In this document: positions 16,636 through 26,485 of the stretch, piece after piece
How the letters are laid out: each line of letters starts with the position of its first letter
Numbering within the stretch: position 1 is the first letter of the stretch
NCBI GenBank assembly: GCA_964450885.1
Contig: CAYVFE010000002.1
Span: 116,494-180,493 of the forward strand
From: an uncultured Gammaproteobacteria bacterium
Lineage (GTDB): Bacteria > Patescibacteriota > Microgenomatia > Levybacterales > GWA1-39-11
Reading direction: 5' to 3'
DNA length: 64,000 bases
The notes under the pieces: model-generated
Seen by the model: the letters and a program-made list of their open reading frames with translations, nothing else
Databases searched by the model: none
What the model was told of the DNA's origin: nothing
Translations under genes and position numbers: made by a program

Positions 16636-17768
16636 ATGACGTTTATCGTGCCTCTATACATTCCCATACTACACATGAATGGAATCTGGGTTTTTTTATT
16701 TGGCATTTTTAGCGTAATGGTTTCTGTGGTTCCCACTGCTATAATTTTCTGGAAGTTATATGATGGGATAGTAAATGCAGACGCACATGTATAAGATCCA
16801 TCATTTCTGATCCTAAAGGTAACATCTGATCCTGCTTTTACATTAACAATCGAAGGTAAGTAACCATTATCAACAATTGCAATATCCACATCTTCTATTA
16901 CTTCTGTTAGATCCAGTACTTCATTTTTAGATGAATCAGAATTAAATGAAAACCCCATCAGGGCAAGAGTGTTGTTTAAGTTAAACAAAGCAAGGATTAT
17001 AAGAGCCGCTGCTGCTATCTTCATAAATCTTTTTTGCAAAGTATCACCCAACTTTGTAGCAAAATATCCTAATAGAAAAAATACTGGCGAGGTGCCTAGA
17101 ACAAAAGCAAAAAGCACCCCTGCTCCCACAAGCGGACTTCCTGAACCAATAGCAAGTGCCATCATAGCTTGCGTAGTGCCGCAGGGAATAAAAACAGTAA
17201 ACGCACCCAGGAGAACTGGAGCAAAAAAGTTTTTACTTTTTGACTGCTTTCTGACAAGTCGCGTTAGGGCTTTTGGCGGTTGAATTGCAAAATATCTAAA
17301 AATAGGATGCACATTTAAAATGTTTAGCGCAGTTCCAAGCATAAAAATTATTACTGCCATTTGCATAATAATTTGCGTGGTGATAGACATTTGAAATAGT
17401 GATCCAAACAATCCTAATAAAAATCCGAATATCGTATAAGCAAAAAGCTTAGATGAAATAAAGGCAATAATAATACCAGCATTTCCTCCGCCCTTAACCT
17501 TTTCTTTTAGCTTTTCTTCTTCACGTGTAGCGATAGTCGCCGCTAAAAGACCACCCTGCACAGCAAGGCACGTAAGCCCACCAGTCAAAAGACCTGTCAA
17601 AAAAATTGCCATAAAGTTAATCCCCTGACCTTCACCGATCTCGGTTGATGGTAGTATATTTGAAAATGAAGAGAACACACCCGACATTAGAAGAAGGTAA
17701 ATTATCACAAATACAGATATAAAAAACGCTCCTATTACGAGTGCTGTCTCGTTAATTTTTATTTTCAT
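16632..17768 (-). CDS. polytopic membrane protein with C-terminal cupredoxin-like domain
   Basis: 378 aa. ~270-aa multi-TM N-terminal part with Gly-rich helices (LTGLLTGGLTCLAVQGG; TauE/CcdA-like, uncertain) and ~100-aa C-terminal beta-rich domain ending FMCSMGMYRGTINV. That motif matches the CGMNMFHG motif of the neighbouring small cupredoxin-like protein. Overlaps copZ by 4 nt. Confidence 0.55.
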   Translation of the reverse strand: MKIKINETALVIGAFFISVFVIIYLLLMSGVFSSFSNILPSTEIGEGQGINFMAIFLTGLLTGGLTCLAVQGGLLAATIATREEEKLKEKVKGGGNAGIIIAFISSKLFAYTIFGFLLGLFGSLFQMSITTQIIMQMAVIIFMLGTALNILNVHPIFRYFAIQPPKALTRLVRKQSKSKNFFAPVLLGAFTVFIPCGTTQAMMALAIGSGSPLVGAGVLFAFVLGTSPVFFLLGYFATKLGDTLQKRFMKIAAAALIILALFNLNNTLALMGFSFNSDSSKNEVLDLTEVIEDVDIAIVDNGYLPSIVNVKAGSDVTFRIRNDGSYTCASAFTIPSYNFQKIIAVGTTETITLKMPNKKTQIPFMCSMGMYRGTINVI

Positions 17769-17775
17769 AGATTAA

Positions 17776-20001
17776 TTATAAAAGTTTTGCCCTTTTTAGC
17801 AACAGAGAATTACTTACCACAGATATAGAGCTACCTGCCATCGCAACTGAAGCAAAGATCGGACTTAAGAGAAGCCCGAAGGATGGATAAAGAATACCCA
17901 TTGCAACAGGAATTAAAATGACGTTATACCCAAAAGCCCAAAAGAGGTTTAATTTAATAGTTCTCATTGTTTTTTTAGAAAGCTCAATAGCAGAGGCGAC
18001 AGTCTGTAGGTCTTTATTGATCAGAGTTATATCAGCAGCCTCAATTGCTACATCTGTACCAGCTCCCATTGCAATTCCGACATCTGCTGCAACTAGGGCA
18101 GGTGCATCATTAATACCATCTCCTACCATAACAACTTTTTTGCCTTCAGCTTGTAGTTTTCGTACCTCAGCTTCTTTTTGATCTGGTAAAACATCAGCAA
18201 GCACACGATCAATTCCTACTTTCTTAGCAATTGCATTAGCAGTTCTCTGGTTATCTCCGGTAATCATGACAACCTCAATGCCTTTTTTCTGCAGTGCCTC
18301 AACTCCTGCTTTTGCAGTTTCTTTAATAGTGTCTGCAACCGCAACAAGTCCGACAAGCTTTTTAGCTACAGCAAGCAGCATGACGGTTTTTCCTTCATTT
18401 TCTAATTTGCTTATTTGCTCAAATACTTCATTGAAAGAAATATTCTCCCGATCCATTAAGCGTCTATTTCCGAAAAAGACTTGCTCTTTACCTACATACC
18501 CTTCAACCCCATGCCCAGCAATTGCTTTGAATTTTGATGCAACTTCCAATTTTATCTTCTGATCATCTGCTTCCTTTACAATTGCTTCAGCGAGAGAGTG
18601 TTCAGATCCTTTTTCAATTGAAGCTCCAAGCCGTAGTACTTCGTCTTTTTTTAATGTATTCAAAGGGATAATATCTGTTATTTCAGGCTTCCCTTTTGTG
18701 AGTGTGCCAGTCTTATCAAAAACAACGGTCTTTATTTTATTTGCGACTTCTAGACTACTTGCGTCTTTTATGAGAATTCCGTGCTGAGCACCCAGGCCAG
18801 TTCCCACCATAATTGCTGTAGGAGTCGCAAGACCCATCGCACAAGGACAAGCGATAATCAGAACCGCTACAGTATTTAGCATCGCAAAAAGAAAAGCTGG
18901 TTGTGGCCCGAAAATATACCAGACCCCAAATGTAAAAAAGGCAAGCATTATGACAATCGGCACAAAATAAGATGAAACAGTATCGGCGAGTCTTTGAATT
19001 GGAGCTTTACTTCCCTGGGCCTCCTCAACGAGCTTAATGATTTGTGATAGCATGGTGTCCTGTCCCACCTTTGTTGCTCTATACATAAAAGTCCCAGTCT
19101 TATTAAAAGTGGAGCCCACCACAGTGTCTCCCTTTGCTTTATCCACAGGAAGACTTTCTCCAGTAATCATCGATTCATCGAGCGATGATTCTCCTTCTGT
19201 AATTACTCCATCGACTGGAATTTTTTCTCCAGGACGGACCCTGATGATATCTTCCACCTTTACTTCGTCTACCAAAACGTCTATTTCCTTTCCATCTCTT
19301 AAAACGCGTGCTGTCTTTGCCTGAAGACCTATTAGTTTTTTTATGGCCTGCGATGTGCCAGATTTTGCTTTTGCTTCAAAGTATCGTCCTAATAAAATAA
19401 GTCCTATTACGATTGCAGCAACGTCGTAATATGGCATCGGATCAAGTCCCAAATTCGTGACGACGTTAGGATAAAAAGTAACAAAAACTGAGTAAGCAAA
19501 TGCGACACTTGTGCCTATAGCAACTAACGTGTCCATATTTGCAGTTCTATGTTTTAGGGCTGGAATTGTCGCTCTATAAAACTCAAATCCCGCCCAAAAT
19601 TGAACAGGCATAGCTAGAATTAACTGCACAAATGAATCTTTGAATATCTCAGGAGAAAAGTCCATCAGCCCCGGAAAGCTCCCCCACAATATTAATACAC
19701 CAAGACCAAGACTGATGATAACCTTATGTTTTAGTGAATTTAATTCGCGTTTTTTTTCTTCATCGATGCTTTGAAAGGGTTTTTCTTCAATCTCCAGAGA
19801 GTAACCTGTCCCAGCTATAGACTGTGCTAAGTCTTCCGGTGTACATTTTTTCGAGTCGTAAGTTACTTGTGCTTTTTCGGTTGCAAGATTTACTACCGCA
19901 TCGCTTACTCCAGGTGTTTTTTTTAAAGCACGTTCGGTTACTTTTACACAGGATGCACAGTGCATGCCCTTGATTTGAAATGACTTCTTAACTTCTTTCA
20001 T
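17776..20001 (-). CDS. copA: copper-translocating P1B-type ATPase
   Basis: 741 aa. N-terminal [18 protein letters not shown] motif [20 protein letters not shown] phosphorylation site, GDGINDAP hinge. Confidence 0.9.
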   Translation of the reverse strand: MKEVKKSFQIKGMHCASCVKVTERALKKTPGVSDAVVNLATEKAQVTYDSKKCTPEDLAQSIAGTGYSLEIEEKPFQSIDEEKKRELNSLKHKVIISLGLGVLILWGSFPGLMDFSPEIFKDSFVQLILAMPVQFWAGFEFYRATIPALKHRTANMDTLVAIGTSVAFAYSVFVTFYPNVVTNLGLDPMPYYDVAAIVIGLILLGRYFEAKAKSGTSQAIKKLIGLQAKTARVLRDGKEIDVLVDEVKVEDIIRVRPGEKIPVDGVITEGESSLDESMITGESLPVDKAKGDTVVGSTFNKTGTFMYRATKVGQDTMLSQIIKLVEEAQGSKAPIQRLADTVSSYFVPIVIMLAFFTFGVWYIFGPQPAFLFAMLNTVAVLIIACPCAMGLATPTAIMVGTGLGAQHGILIKDASSLEVANKIKTVVFDKTGTLTKGKPEITDIIPLNTLKKDEVLRLGASIEKGSEHSLAEAIVKEADDQKIKLEVASKFKAIAGHGVEGYVGKEQVFFGNRRLMDRENISFNEVFEQISKLENEGKTVMLLAVAKKLVGLVAVADTIKETAKAGVEALQKKGIEVVMITGDNQRTANAIAKKVGIDRVLADVLPDQKEAEVRKLQAEGKKVVMVGDGINDAPALVAADVGIAMGAGTDVAIEAADITLINKDLQTVASAIELSKKTMRTIKLNLFWAFGYNVILIPVAMGILYPSFGLLLSPIFASVAMAGSSISVVSNSLLLKRAKLL

Positions 20002-20003
20002 AC

Positions 20004-20366
20004 TTATTTAACTATAATTTTTCCATGGAACATATTCATTCCGCATTCAAATCTATATTCTCCTTTTTCTTTGGGCTCTATCTCTATCGTAGTTTTTTTC
20101 TTTAGCGCTAAGTGACGCCTCACTTTAAAATCACTTAGTACAACTTCTTCAAGGCAGCTTGATGGATCCTTGCGGAAAAAATTTAACTTAGTTTTTTTCC
20201 CTACTGGGACTGAAATAACGCTTGGTTGATATCCTCCATCTACTGTGATGTCTATAGAATCAGATGTTGCGACTACTTCCTTTTCCTTTTTCATCAGAAA
20301 AAACCAGTAGGTAAAAGCAATTCCTGAAATACTAAATAAAGCGACTAATAATTTATCAATTCCCAT
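20004..20366 (-). CDS. membrane-anchored cupredoxin-like (Cupredoxin_1) domain protein
   Basis: 120 aa. N-terminal TM, then a beta-domain with [14 protein letters not shown] Cys/Met/His cluster. Stop/start 3 nt from copA and csoR. Confidence 0.6.
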   Translation of the reverse strand: MGIDKLLVALFSISGIAFTYWFFLMKKEKEVVATSDSIDITVDGGYQPSVISVPVGKKTKLNFFRKDPSSCLEEVVLSDFKVRRHLALKKKTTIEIEPKEKGEYRFECGMNMFHGKIIVK

Positions 20367-20368
20367 AA

Positions 20369-20641
20369 TTATTTATTCACTCTTTTAAATAATGTGACTA
20401 ACTCTTTTGTTGCTTTTTCTGGCTCCTTATGGAATTGATGTCCAACATGGGTATCAAGGTGTCGTTCAAATAGTACAGCGTCTAGGCTTTTAAGAGAATT
20501 TTGTATAGCAAGACTTTGATTTAGAACATCGATGCAATACTCGTCAGCGTCGATCATCTTAGAGAGTCCTTCTAGCTGTCCTTTTATTATGTTTAATCTT
20601 TTTTGGGATTTTACTTTCGCGTCCTCGTAGTGAGATTTCAT
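20369..20641 (-). CDS. csoR: CsoR/RcnR-family metal-sensing transcriptional repressor
   Basis: 90 aa. LNIIKGQLEGLSKMIDADEYCIDVLNQSLAIQNSLKSL...HLDTH is the DUF156/CsoR helical-bundle signature with Cys and His ligands. Confidence 0.75.
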   Translation of the reverse strand: MKSHYEDAKVKSQKRLNIIKGQLEGLSKMIDADEYCIDVLNQSLAIQNSLKSLDAVLFERHLDTHVGHQFHKEPEKATKELVTLFKRVNK

Positions 20642-20690
20642 TAATCTATCATATACCCCCTATGGGTATATGTCAAGATCGGTTCTAGAG

Positions 20691-21650
20691 CTATGAAGAC
20701 GCGCGAACTTGTTTTTTTGTTAGATCTTCTTCGGTTTCTTTTACCAAATCCAGCTTTCCTAAATAAAGAACGATTCCAGCTCCAATAAGTGCGAGAACTA
20801 TCGCAATTATTACAGATACATCAAAGACGACAGGCATGATATTTTTCTCAACTAGTGGCACGACTTCACCATGAGAATTAATTCGAGTAAGAACCACTTC
20901 TTTCCATGGCCAAATCTTGCGGACAGAACCCAACATAAAACCAGCTAGTATTGCGACTGATATATCATGGTACTTACTAAATAACCATGATAGGACTCTT
21001 GAGAATAAAGCGAGTCCGAATACTGCACCCAAAGCAAAGACTATGAGTGTTAAAAAATCTTTATTTATTACGGCTCCCAACACCTGTTGATACTTACCTA
21101 GCAAAAGCAGAATGAACGATCCCGAAATACCAGGCAATATCATCGCACAAATCGCTATCATTCCTGACAAAAAGAAAAAGATTAGATTGTTGGGTGTCTC
21201 TACGGGAACAGCACCAACTAGAATATAGGCTCCTACTGCAGAAATCAAAAATCCTATTGTGTTATTTATACTTTTTTTCTTTATTCTTTTACTGACGACA
21301 AAAACTGAAGCTATAACAAGACCAAAGAAAAACGCCCAGATAAATACCGGATAGCTTGTCAAAAGATACGAAAGCAAATTTGCCAATAAGAATATCGCGC
21401 CAAATAGACCCAGCGCAAGAGGAATCAAGAATCTAAATGGGATAAGTCTAAGTCCCTCAACAAACTTTAATTTAAGAAATAACCGCAATACATCGCCAGT
21501 AACCAATTTTATCGAAGCTATAAGCTCCTCATAAATCCCTGAAAGAAATGCTATAGTGCCCCCTGATACTCCAGGTATAAGGTCAGCTGCTCCCATTGAG
21601 AATCCCGTTACAAAAAGACGTAAATAATTTTTAGTATCTTTGCTCTTCAT
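20691..21650 (-). CDS. DUF368-family membrane protein (putative undecaprenyl-phosphate translocase family)
   Basis: 319 aa polytopic. N-terminal FVTGFSMGAADLIPGVSGGTIAFLSGIYEEL is the DUF368 signature. The signature recurs in the second half (PGISGSFILLLLGKY). Confidence 0.7.
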   Translation of the reverse strand: MKSKDTKNYLRLFVTGFSMGAADLIPGVSGGTIAFLSGIYEELIASIKLVTGDVLRLFLKLKFVEGLRLIPFRFLIPLALGLFGAIFLLANLLSYLLTSYPVFIWAFFFGLVIASVFVVSKRIKKKSINNTIGFLISAVGAYILVGAVPVETPNNLIFFFLSGMIAICAMILPGISGSFILLLLGKYQQVLGAVINKDFLTLIVFALGAVFGLALFSRVLSWLFSKYHDISVAILAGFMLGSVRKIWPWKEVVLTRINSHGEVVPLVEKNIMPVVFDVSVIIAIVLALIGAGIVLYLGKLDLVKETEEDLTKKQVRASS

Positions 21651-21751
21651 CTATAAATTCTGACAATTTATAGTACCATATGAACATCAAAGTCTTCAAA
21701 TCAAAATTGGTATGTTGCTTGACACGACGGGCAGTAAACAATTAGTATAGT

Positions 21752-22306
21752 ATGTCTATGGCCGAAGATAATAAGACAAATGAAATTTGCCCAAAATGTG
21801 GAAATCCGCTGGGGGAAATACAGACTACTAAAAATGGGCGAAAACTCCAACGCTGCTCTACAGGATCGTGGAATCCCGAGACTAAAAAAAATGAAGGATG
21901 CGAGTACGTCAAATGGCTTGAGATGGAGCCGGAAAAACTAGATGAGAAATGCCCGAAATGTGGAAACGATCTGGTTATAGCTTTTACACGCTTTGGCAAG
22001 AAAATGAAGAAATGCTCGACGAATAAGTGGAATGCCGAGACTAAAAAGGCCGAGGGATGCGATTATATAGAATGGATAAATGGAACGACAGAAAACCTTG
22101 ACGAAGACTGTCCTACTTGTGGGAATAAGCTAGTGCTCTATACGACAGCTGCCGGGAAGAAAATGAAGAAATGCTCGACCTCAGGATGGGACGCAAAAGA
22201 ACGCAAGGCAACTGGGTGCACATATGTGCAATGGCTAAAACCAGGAGAAGAACCAACACTCTCAAGTGATGGTGAAGAATTTCTCCCGCCAGAACCAAAA
22301 GACTAG
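21752..22306 (+). CDS. protein of three tandem topoisomerase-I-type C4 zinc-ribbon repeats
   Basis: 184 aa. Three ~54-aa (162-bp) repeats, each CP(K/T)CGNxL...GKKMKKCST..W(N/D)AE..K..GC.Y..W. Resembles the zf-C4_Topoisom module found at topoisomerase I C-termini. Upstream TTGACA-18-TAGTAT promoter-like sequence at ~21718-21747. Confidence 0.6.
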   Translation: MSMAEDNKTNEICPKCGNPLGEIQTTKNGRKLQRCSTGSWNPETKKNEGCEYVKWLEMEPEKLDEKCPKCGNDLVIAFTRFGKKMKKCSTNKWNAETKKAEGCDYIEWINGTTENLDEDCPTCGNKLVLYTTAAGKKMKKCSTSGWDAKERKATGCTYVQWLKPGEEPTLSSDGEEFLPPEPKD

Positions 22307-22307
22307 G

Positions 22308-22505
22308 TTATTTTACAACCACTCCCCTCATTCCCTCCCATTCGGCCACTTCCTTTTGAATTAGTTCGTAATCGATTCCTACAGTCATCTGCGTATCTTG
22401 AGCTCTCATTTCACGTTTCGTCTCAAAAATGCTCATTCCATCATCATCTGCAATCTGCAACTGGATGTCGTCTGGAATATACTTATTTATTTCTGACATA
22501 CCCAC
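22308..22505 (-). CDS. hypothetical small acidic protein
   Basis: 65-aa ORF. Strong SD (aaggaggtgg) just upstream of the internal ATG (MSEINKY...), so the real product is probably 63 aa. No known motif. Confidence 0.4.
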   Translation of the reverse strand: MGMSEINKYIPDDIQLQIADDDGMSIFETKREMRAQDTQMTVGIDYELIQKEVAEWEGMRGVVVK

Positions 22506-22604
22506 CTCCTTTCATATTTATAGATACACTCTAGATCCAGGATTTCTAGCAGTCAATTTTCTTAATATTATTTACAAATATATATAAATTGTTAAAATAT
22601 TAAC

Positions 22605-23195
22605 ATGCTAACAGTTCCGGAAGCCTCAAAAATAATAATTGAACGCTCACGCTATCTATCTGAGGCTTTATCAAAGGACCTCATAAATCTATCCTCGCTA
22701 GCCCGCTATATAAAACCCGAAATAGAAGAGATGCTCTATAAAAAGGTGAATAATGGCTCTATCGTAATGGCTTTGAAAAGATTTAAAAAAGATTTGAGAC
22801 CTAAAACGTCAAATGTTAAAATTTTTAAGATTCCCCCTCAGATCCATGTTGCAACAGGTCTTCATCTTTACAGATTTAAAGATTTCCCCTCCGAAGACGC
22901 CAATCTTAAGGATTCTTATGTGACCAGAGTAGACGATGAAACTGCAGTTGTTACGAGAAATGAATACAAAACTAAGCCTTTGCTGCGCGTAAATAATGTA
23001 GCGTCAATAATTATAGACTTGCCCGAGGAAACAATGTACGCATCCGGAATCCACTACTTTTTTCTAAAATCCCTTGCGTGGGAAGGAATAAATATAGTCG
23101 AGACATTTTCGACATCCAAAAAATATATACTAATTTTTGAAGAAAAAGATATACATCGGTCTTTTAGAATACTCACATCTTTATTTACTAAATAA
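22605..23195 (+). CDS. hypothetical protein
   Basis: 196 aa, protein-like composition. AT-rich promoter-like upstream region. Followed by a hairpin terminator. No recognisable motif. Confidence 0.45.
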   Translation: MLTVPEASKIIIERSRYLSEALSKDLINLSSLARYIKPEIEEMLYKKVNNGSIVMALKRFKKDLRPKTSNVKIFKIPPQIHVATGLHLYRFKDFPSEDANLKDSYVTRVDDETAVVTRNEYKTKPLLRVNNVASIIIDLPEETMYASGIHYFFLKSLAWEGINIVETFSTSKKYILIFEEKDIHRSFRILTSLFTK

Positions 23196-23215
23196 TGAAA
23201 TGCTTGTTAAAAACT

Positions 23216-23245
23216 AAAACCCACCGTTTTGCGAATGGGTTTTAG
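23216..23245 (+). terminator. rho-independent terminator
   Basis: aaaaccca(23216-23223) ccgttttgcgaa tgggtttt(23236-23243): 8-bp stem with T-run, directly after the 22605..23195 stop. Confidence 0.45.
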
Positions 23246-23434
23246 TCGGCATTCCGGGCAGGCTTAGTCTAATAGAAATAGATTATTCTATTAGGGCCTT
23301 GGGGAATTCGAAAGTATTTATTTAGCATAACTTTTCTTGCTGAAAAATTATTTCGTATCGGAAAAATATTTTTGAGGTAATATTTTTTTCCTGAGAGCTT
23401 GTACTTTATTCTTCTATATAAACCTTTCATAAAT

Positions 23435-23659
23435 CTATTGACCTCCCCCTTGTCCACCATCAACATTTACATCCACCTGTTCTGGAACACTTACTGATGG
23501 TGTCGCGTTATTTCCCCCCGCAAAAAACCCTCTACCGAATACGAAAAACAGAAAAATAATCAACGCTACAAGGATAACTGCTATCAGTACGCCGTTCATC
23601 GAATTACTACTTCCGTCTGCGTGATGATGTTCTTCAACTACTTCAGCCATATATTTCAC
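23435..23659 (-). CDS. hypothetical small membrane protein with His-rich N-terminus
   Basis: 74 aa. Strong SD (aggaggtgaaatat-ATG). MKYMAEVVEEHHHADG then TM helix VLIAVILVALIIFLFFVF, Gly-rich C-terminus. Confidence 0.45.
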   Translation of the reverse strand: MKYMAEVVEEHHHADGSSNSMNGVLIAVILVALIIFLFFVFGRGFFAGGNNATPSVSVPEQVDVNVDGGQGGGQ

Positions 23660-23953
23660 CTCCTATCACTTTGAATTATCCACTTTGCCTGTAATAAATA
23701 GTCTCATTGACGGTAATAGAATTGTAAGAATATAGATCTAGGAAAAACCTACAGGCTCGCGCTTTGCAAGCTGATACCGCTTGATCTCCATCTCACGCAC
23801 TTTTTTCTCCAGCCTCTTCCATCCCGTCACACTTATCCACTTATTGTTCCTGATCTTATGCGCCAAACTATAGAAAACCTTGTATTTCATACACCTATTA
23901 AAGAACACTTTTGTGAAGAACAAAATAGAATATTTTTAGAAAAAAGTAAGAGA

Positions 23954-25207
23954 TTAGAGAGGTAGCTCTACTATAAATGTGGACCCTTTACCTTCTTTGC
24001 TTTGCACATTTATCTTCCCTTTGTGTGCTTCTACTATTTGGTTGCTTATATATAATCCGACACCCATTCCCTTAAAATTTTTTGCTGCAATAGTTCTTCT
24101 AAACAACTCGAATATATGCTTTTTTTCTTCCTCATTTATTCCTATACCTTTGTCTGATATTTCGATTATGGCTCTACCTCTGACAACACTCAATTTAATT
24201 CTTATTGGTTTTTTATCTCCGTACTTGAGAGCATTTGATACCAGGTTTGAGAAAACCTCTCCTAGTCTTACTTTATCCCACATCCCCACCACCTTTTTTC
24301 TATCAGTCTTAAATTTTATCCTCACACCATTTTTCTTAGATTCTAAATCAAAGGACGAAAGTGTGTCAGTCAAAAGATCGACCAAATCTGCTTTTTCCTT
24401 TTCGATCTTTAGCTTTCCGGTAGTAATAACCGATATATTAAGCAGATCATTCATAAGAGCCGATAGCCTCCTTGTCTGCAGTACACCCGTCTCTATCGCG
24501 GACAGTATGCCATCGTCACGGTCCTGCTTTTTGAGCCTTCTTACAGCAAATTGGAGGGTGAGAAGAATGCTTGTAAGAGGAGTCTTTAGCTCGTGTGATG
24601 CGATAGATATGAATTCGTCTCTCGACTGGATCGCCTGTTGAGCTTCGGAAAACAACCTGGCATTGTCTACAGCCAGCGCTGCCCTACCAGCTATCTCGTC
24701 AATAAATAATACGTCGTCTGGAGTATACGAAAAATTATCTTTACTCGACCCGATAGTTATGACTCCTATAACCTTACCGCGACTGATAAGCGGAGCAAAT
24801 ACCATAGACTTTAAATCTAGTTGCTTTACTGCCTCCTTCTCTTCCTTAATTCTAGAAATCGTCTTGAGCCATCTCTTGTCGACTTTTTTTATAAGAATCG
24901 GAATTTCTGATGTTGCAGCATCATAGATAGCCAATTTATTCTTCGGATCTGGAAGAAAATTAAAGAACTTGTTAGCAACCTGCTGGTCGCTCCTTTTGGA
25001 GGTGCGCACAACCACTCGCGTCATTTCTCCATTTTCGATAATATCGATAATGCAAAAATCAGCAATATTATCAACTATCAGCTTTGCGACACTGACTAAA
25101 GTTATGTTGTAATCCAAAGTTTTGGAAAGAATTTTACTGGCATTAGAAAGAAACTGTATTTTATCCTTAATAATATATGACATTACCAGCATTGTAACAG
25201 AAAGCAT
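23954..25207 (-). CDS. sensor histidine kinase with GAF domain (no TM)
   Basis: 417 aa. HisKA FISIASHELKTPLTSI, HATPase_c (LVSNALKYG, DKGIGINEEE, GMGVGLYISNQIV), N-terminal GAF-like region. Confidence 0.8.
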   Translation of the reverse strand: MLSVTMLVMSYIIKDKIQFLSNASKILSKTLDYNITLVSVAKLIVDNIADFCIIDIIENGEMTRVVVRTSKRSDQQVANKFFNFLPDPKNKLAIYDAATSEIPILIKKVDKRWLKTISRIKEEKEAVKQLDLKSMVFAPLISRGKVIGVITIGSSKDNFSYTPDDVLFIDEIAGRAALAVDNARLFSEAQQAIQSRDEFISIASHELKTPLTSILLTLQFAVRRLKKQDRDDGILSAIETGVLQTRRLSALMNDLLNISVITTGKLKIEKEKADLVDLLTDTLSSFDLESKKNGVRIKFKTDRKKVVGMWDKVRLGEVFSNLVSNALKYGDKKPIRIKLSVVRGRAIIEISDKGIGINEEEKKHIFELFRRTIAAKNFKGMGVGLYISNQIVEAHKGKINVQSKEGKGSTFIVELPL

Positions 25208-25258
25208 GTTAACTTGATAAATATGTTCTATGAGGTTACAATTAGCTCAAATTTTTGT

Positions 25259-26479
25259 ATGCCCGAAAAAGACTACCGCTTTCATGCGGACGATTTCTTC
25301 GCTCACAGAGAGACTGGATCTTCTTATGTAAAAGCATCTCACCTTGAACCGCTTGGCACACTCACTGAAATCGATCTGGCAGAAGGAGTCTCAGTAGATC
25401 CACCCCCTGAACTTGATGAAATAATTAAGAACCTAGCCCAAAGTGGAGCATTTTTGGATTCGTTAAAGCATTACGATGCTGTAAGTATCGACCCTACGAT
25501 AAGAAATATCCGCGATAGATTCGGCCTCTCAGAAAATCCTTATGTAGTAGTAAGCGGAGGCGGAAGTCATGAGATTATTGAAAGACTTGTACATCTAGTT
25601 CATAATCCAGACAGATTGCAGAGAATTTGGGGCATATCACCTCATTTTCCAGAGATTACGAATTTTGCCAAAAGGCTCTCGAGCGCCCAAACCTCTTCTC
25701 CACAACTGATATACGGCCCCATGGATATACCACTTCAAGCATCTGCTGAGGAGTCTCTTCAAATTGCAGAAAAACGCAGGAAGGCCTCACATTTCAAAAG
25801 TTTAACTCTTTACGTCTGTAATCCTACAACCCCAAAGGGTGATATCGCACCAAAAGAATCCGTGACCAATTTCGTCGAGTTCTGCGCAGACAAAGGAGAT
25901 CTTGTAATAGTAGACGAGGCCTTCCGACCACGTGACGCATATTCTGTCATTCCGGAAACCGAAACCTATCCTAACCTCATAGTCCTGGATAGTTTTTCTA
26001 AAAGAGGTGGCGTACCAGGACTGAGAGGAGGATACGCGGTGATGTCAAAAGAAATAGGCCCCTATTATGACGAAATGCGAAGGGTCTTTGATATGCCCGG
26101 ACCCCAAGCACTCATCCTCAATGAGATCTCCCGCCCGGATATCATCATTCCGCATCTTGAACGCCAACTCCCAAATCAGGTAGAACTCAAAAGACACTTC
26201 GTGGATAGACTCGACGAAGCAGGACTGTCGTATCTTACGACTCACGAAGAGGTCCCTATAATAACCGTTGACGGCGGTGATCATAACTTCGTAAATAACC
26301 TCGATCGTCTAAATGTAAAAGTCGCAAAAGGATGGGGTTTTTATGCTACAGAACCTCACGGTGGAAGAAGAATGCCTATGGGGAATAGGTATGCGCGCAC
26401 CTCTGTTCCTCGAACCAAAACACTCATAAATGACGCTGTTCACAGAATGAAAGCGGCAAAGATCTCAACGCCTCTATAG
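25259..26479 (+). CDS. PLP-dependent aminotransferase class I/II family protein
   Basis: LDSFSKRGGVPGLRGGYAV contains the SFSK PLP-lysine motif and G..G.R.GY typical of fold-type I aminotransferases. Start moved from 25214 to the MPEKDY Met because 25214 leaves only 6 nt to the divergent kinase start. Start uncertain. Confidence 0.6.
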   Translation: MPEKDYRFHADDFFAHRETGSSYVKASHLEPLGTLTEIDLAEGVSVDPPPELDEIIKNLAQSGAFLDSLKHYDAVSIDPTIRNIRDRFGLSENPYVVVSGGGSHEIIERLVHLVHNPDRLQRIWGISPHFPEITNFAKRLSSAQTSSPQLIYGPMDIPLQASAEESLQIAEKRRKASHFKSLTLYVCNPTTPKGDIAPKESVTNFVEFCADKGDLVIVDEAFRPRDAYSVIPETETYPNLIVLDSFSKRGGVPGLRGGYAVMSKEIGPYYDEMRRVFDMPGPQALILNEISRPDIIIPHLERQLPNQVELKRHFVDRLDEAGLSYLTTHEEVPIITVDGGDHNFVNNLDRLNVKVAKGWGFYATEPHGGRRMPMGNRYARTSVPRTKTLINDAVHRMKAAKISTPL

Positions 26480-26485
26480 GATTTT

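Noticed and set aside
17918-19324. Plus-strand ORFs antisense to copA
   Set aside because: Inside a 741-aa P-type ATPase with all diagnostic motifs. Ser/Thr/Ala-rich artefacts.
23269-23466. 65-aa minus-strand ORF (MLMVDKGEVNRF…)
   Set aside because: Lies in the AT-rich spacer. Lys/Tyr/Asn-rich low-complexity sequence. Overlaps the better-supported His-rich small membrane protein gene, which has a strong SD.
23979-24926. Plus-strand ORFs (220 aa, 87 aa) antisense to the GAF histidine kinase
   Set aside because: Low-complexity Ser/Leu/Phe-rich translations entirely inside a gene with unambiguous HisKA/HATPase motifs on the other strand.
25214-25258. Aminotransferase start at 25214 as given by the track
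   Set aside because: Leaves only 6 nt between divergent start codons of two genes, implausible for promoters. Downstream Met (MPEKDY…) preferred, though the exact start remains uncertain.
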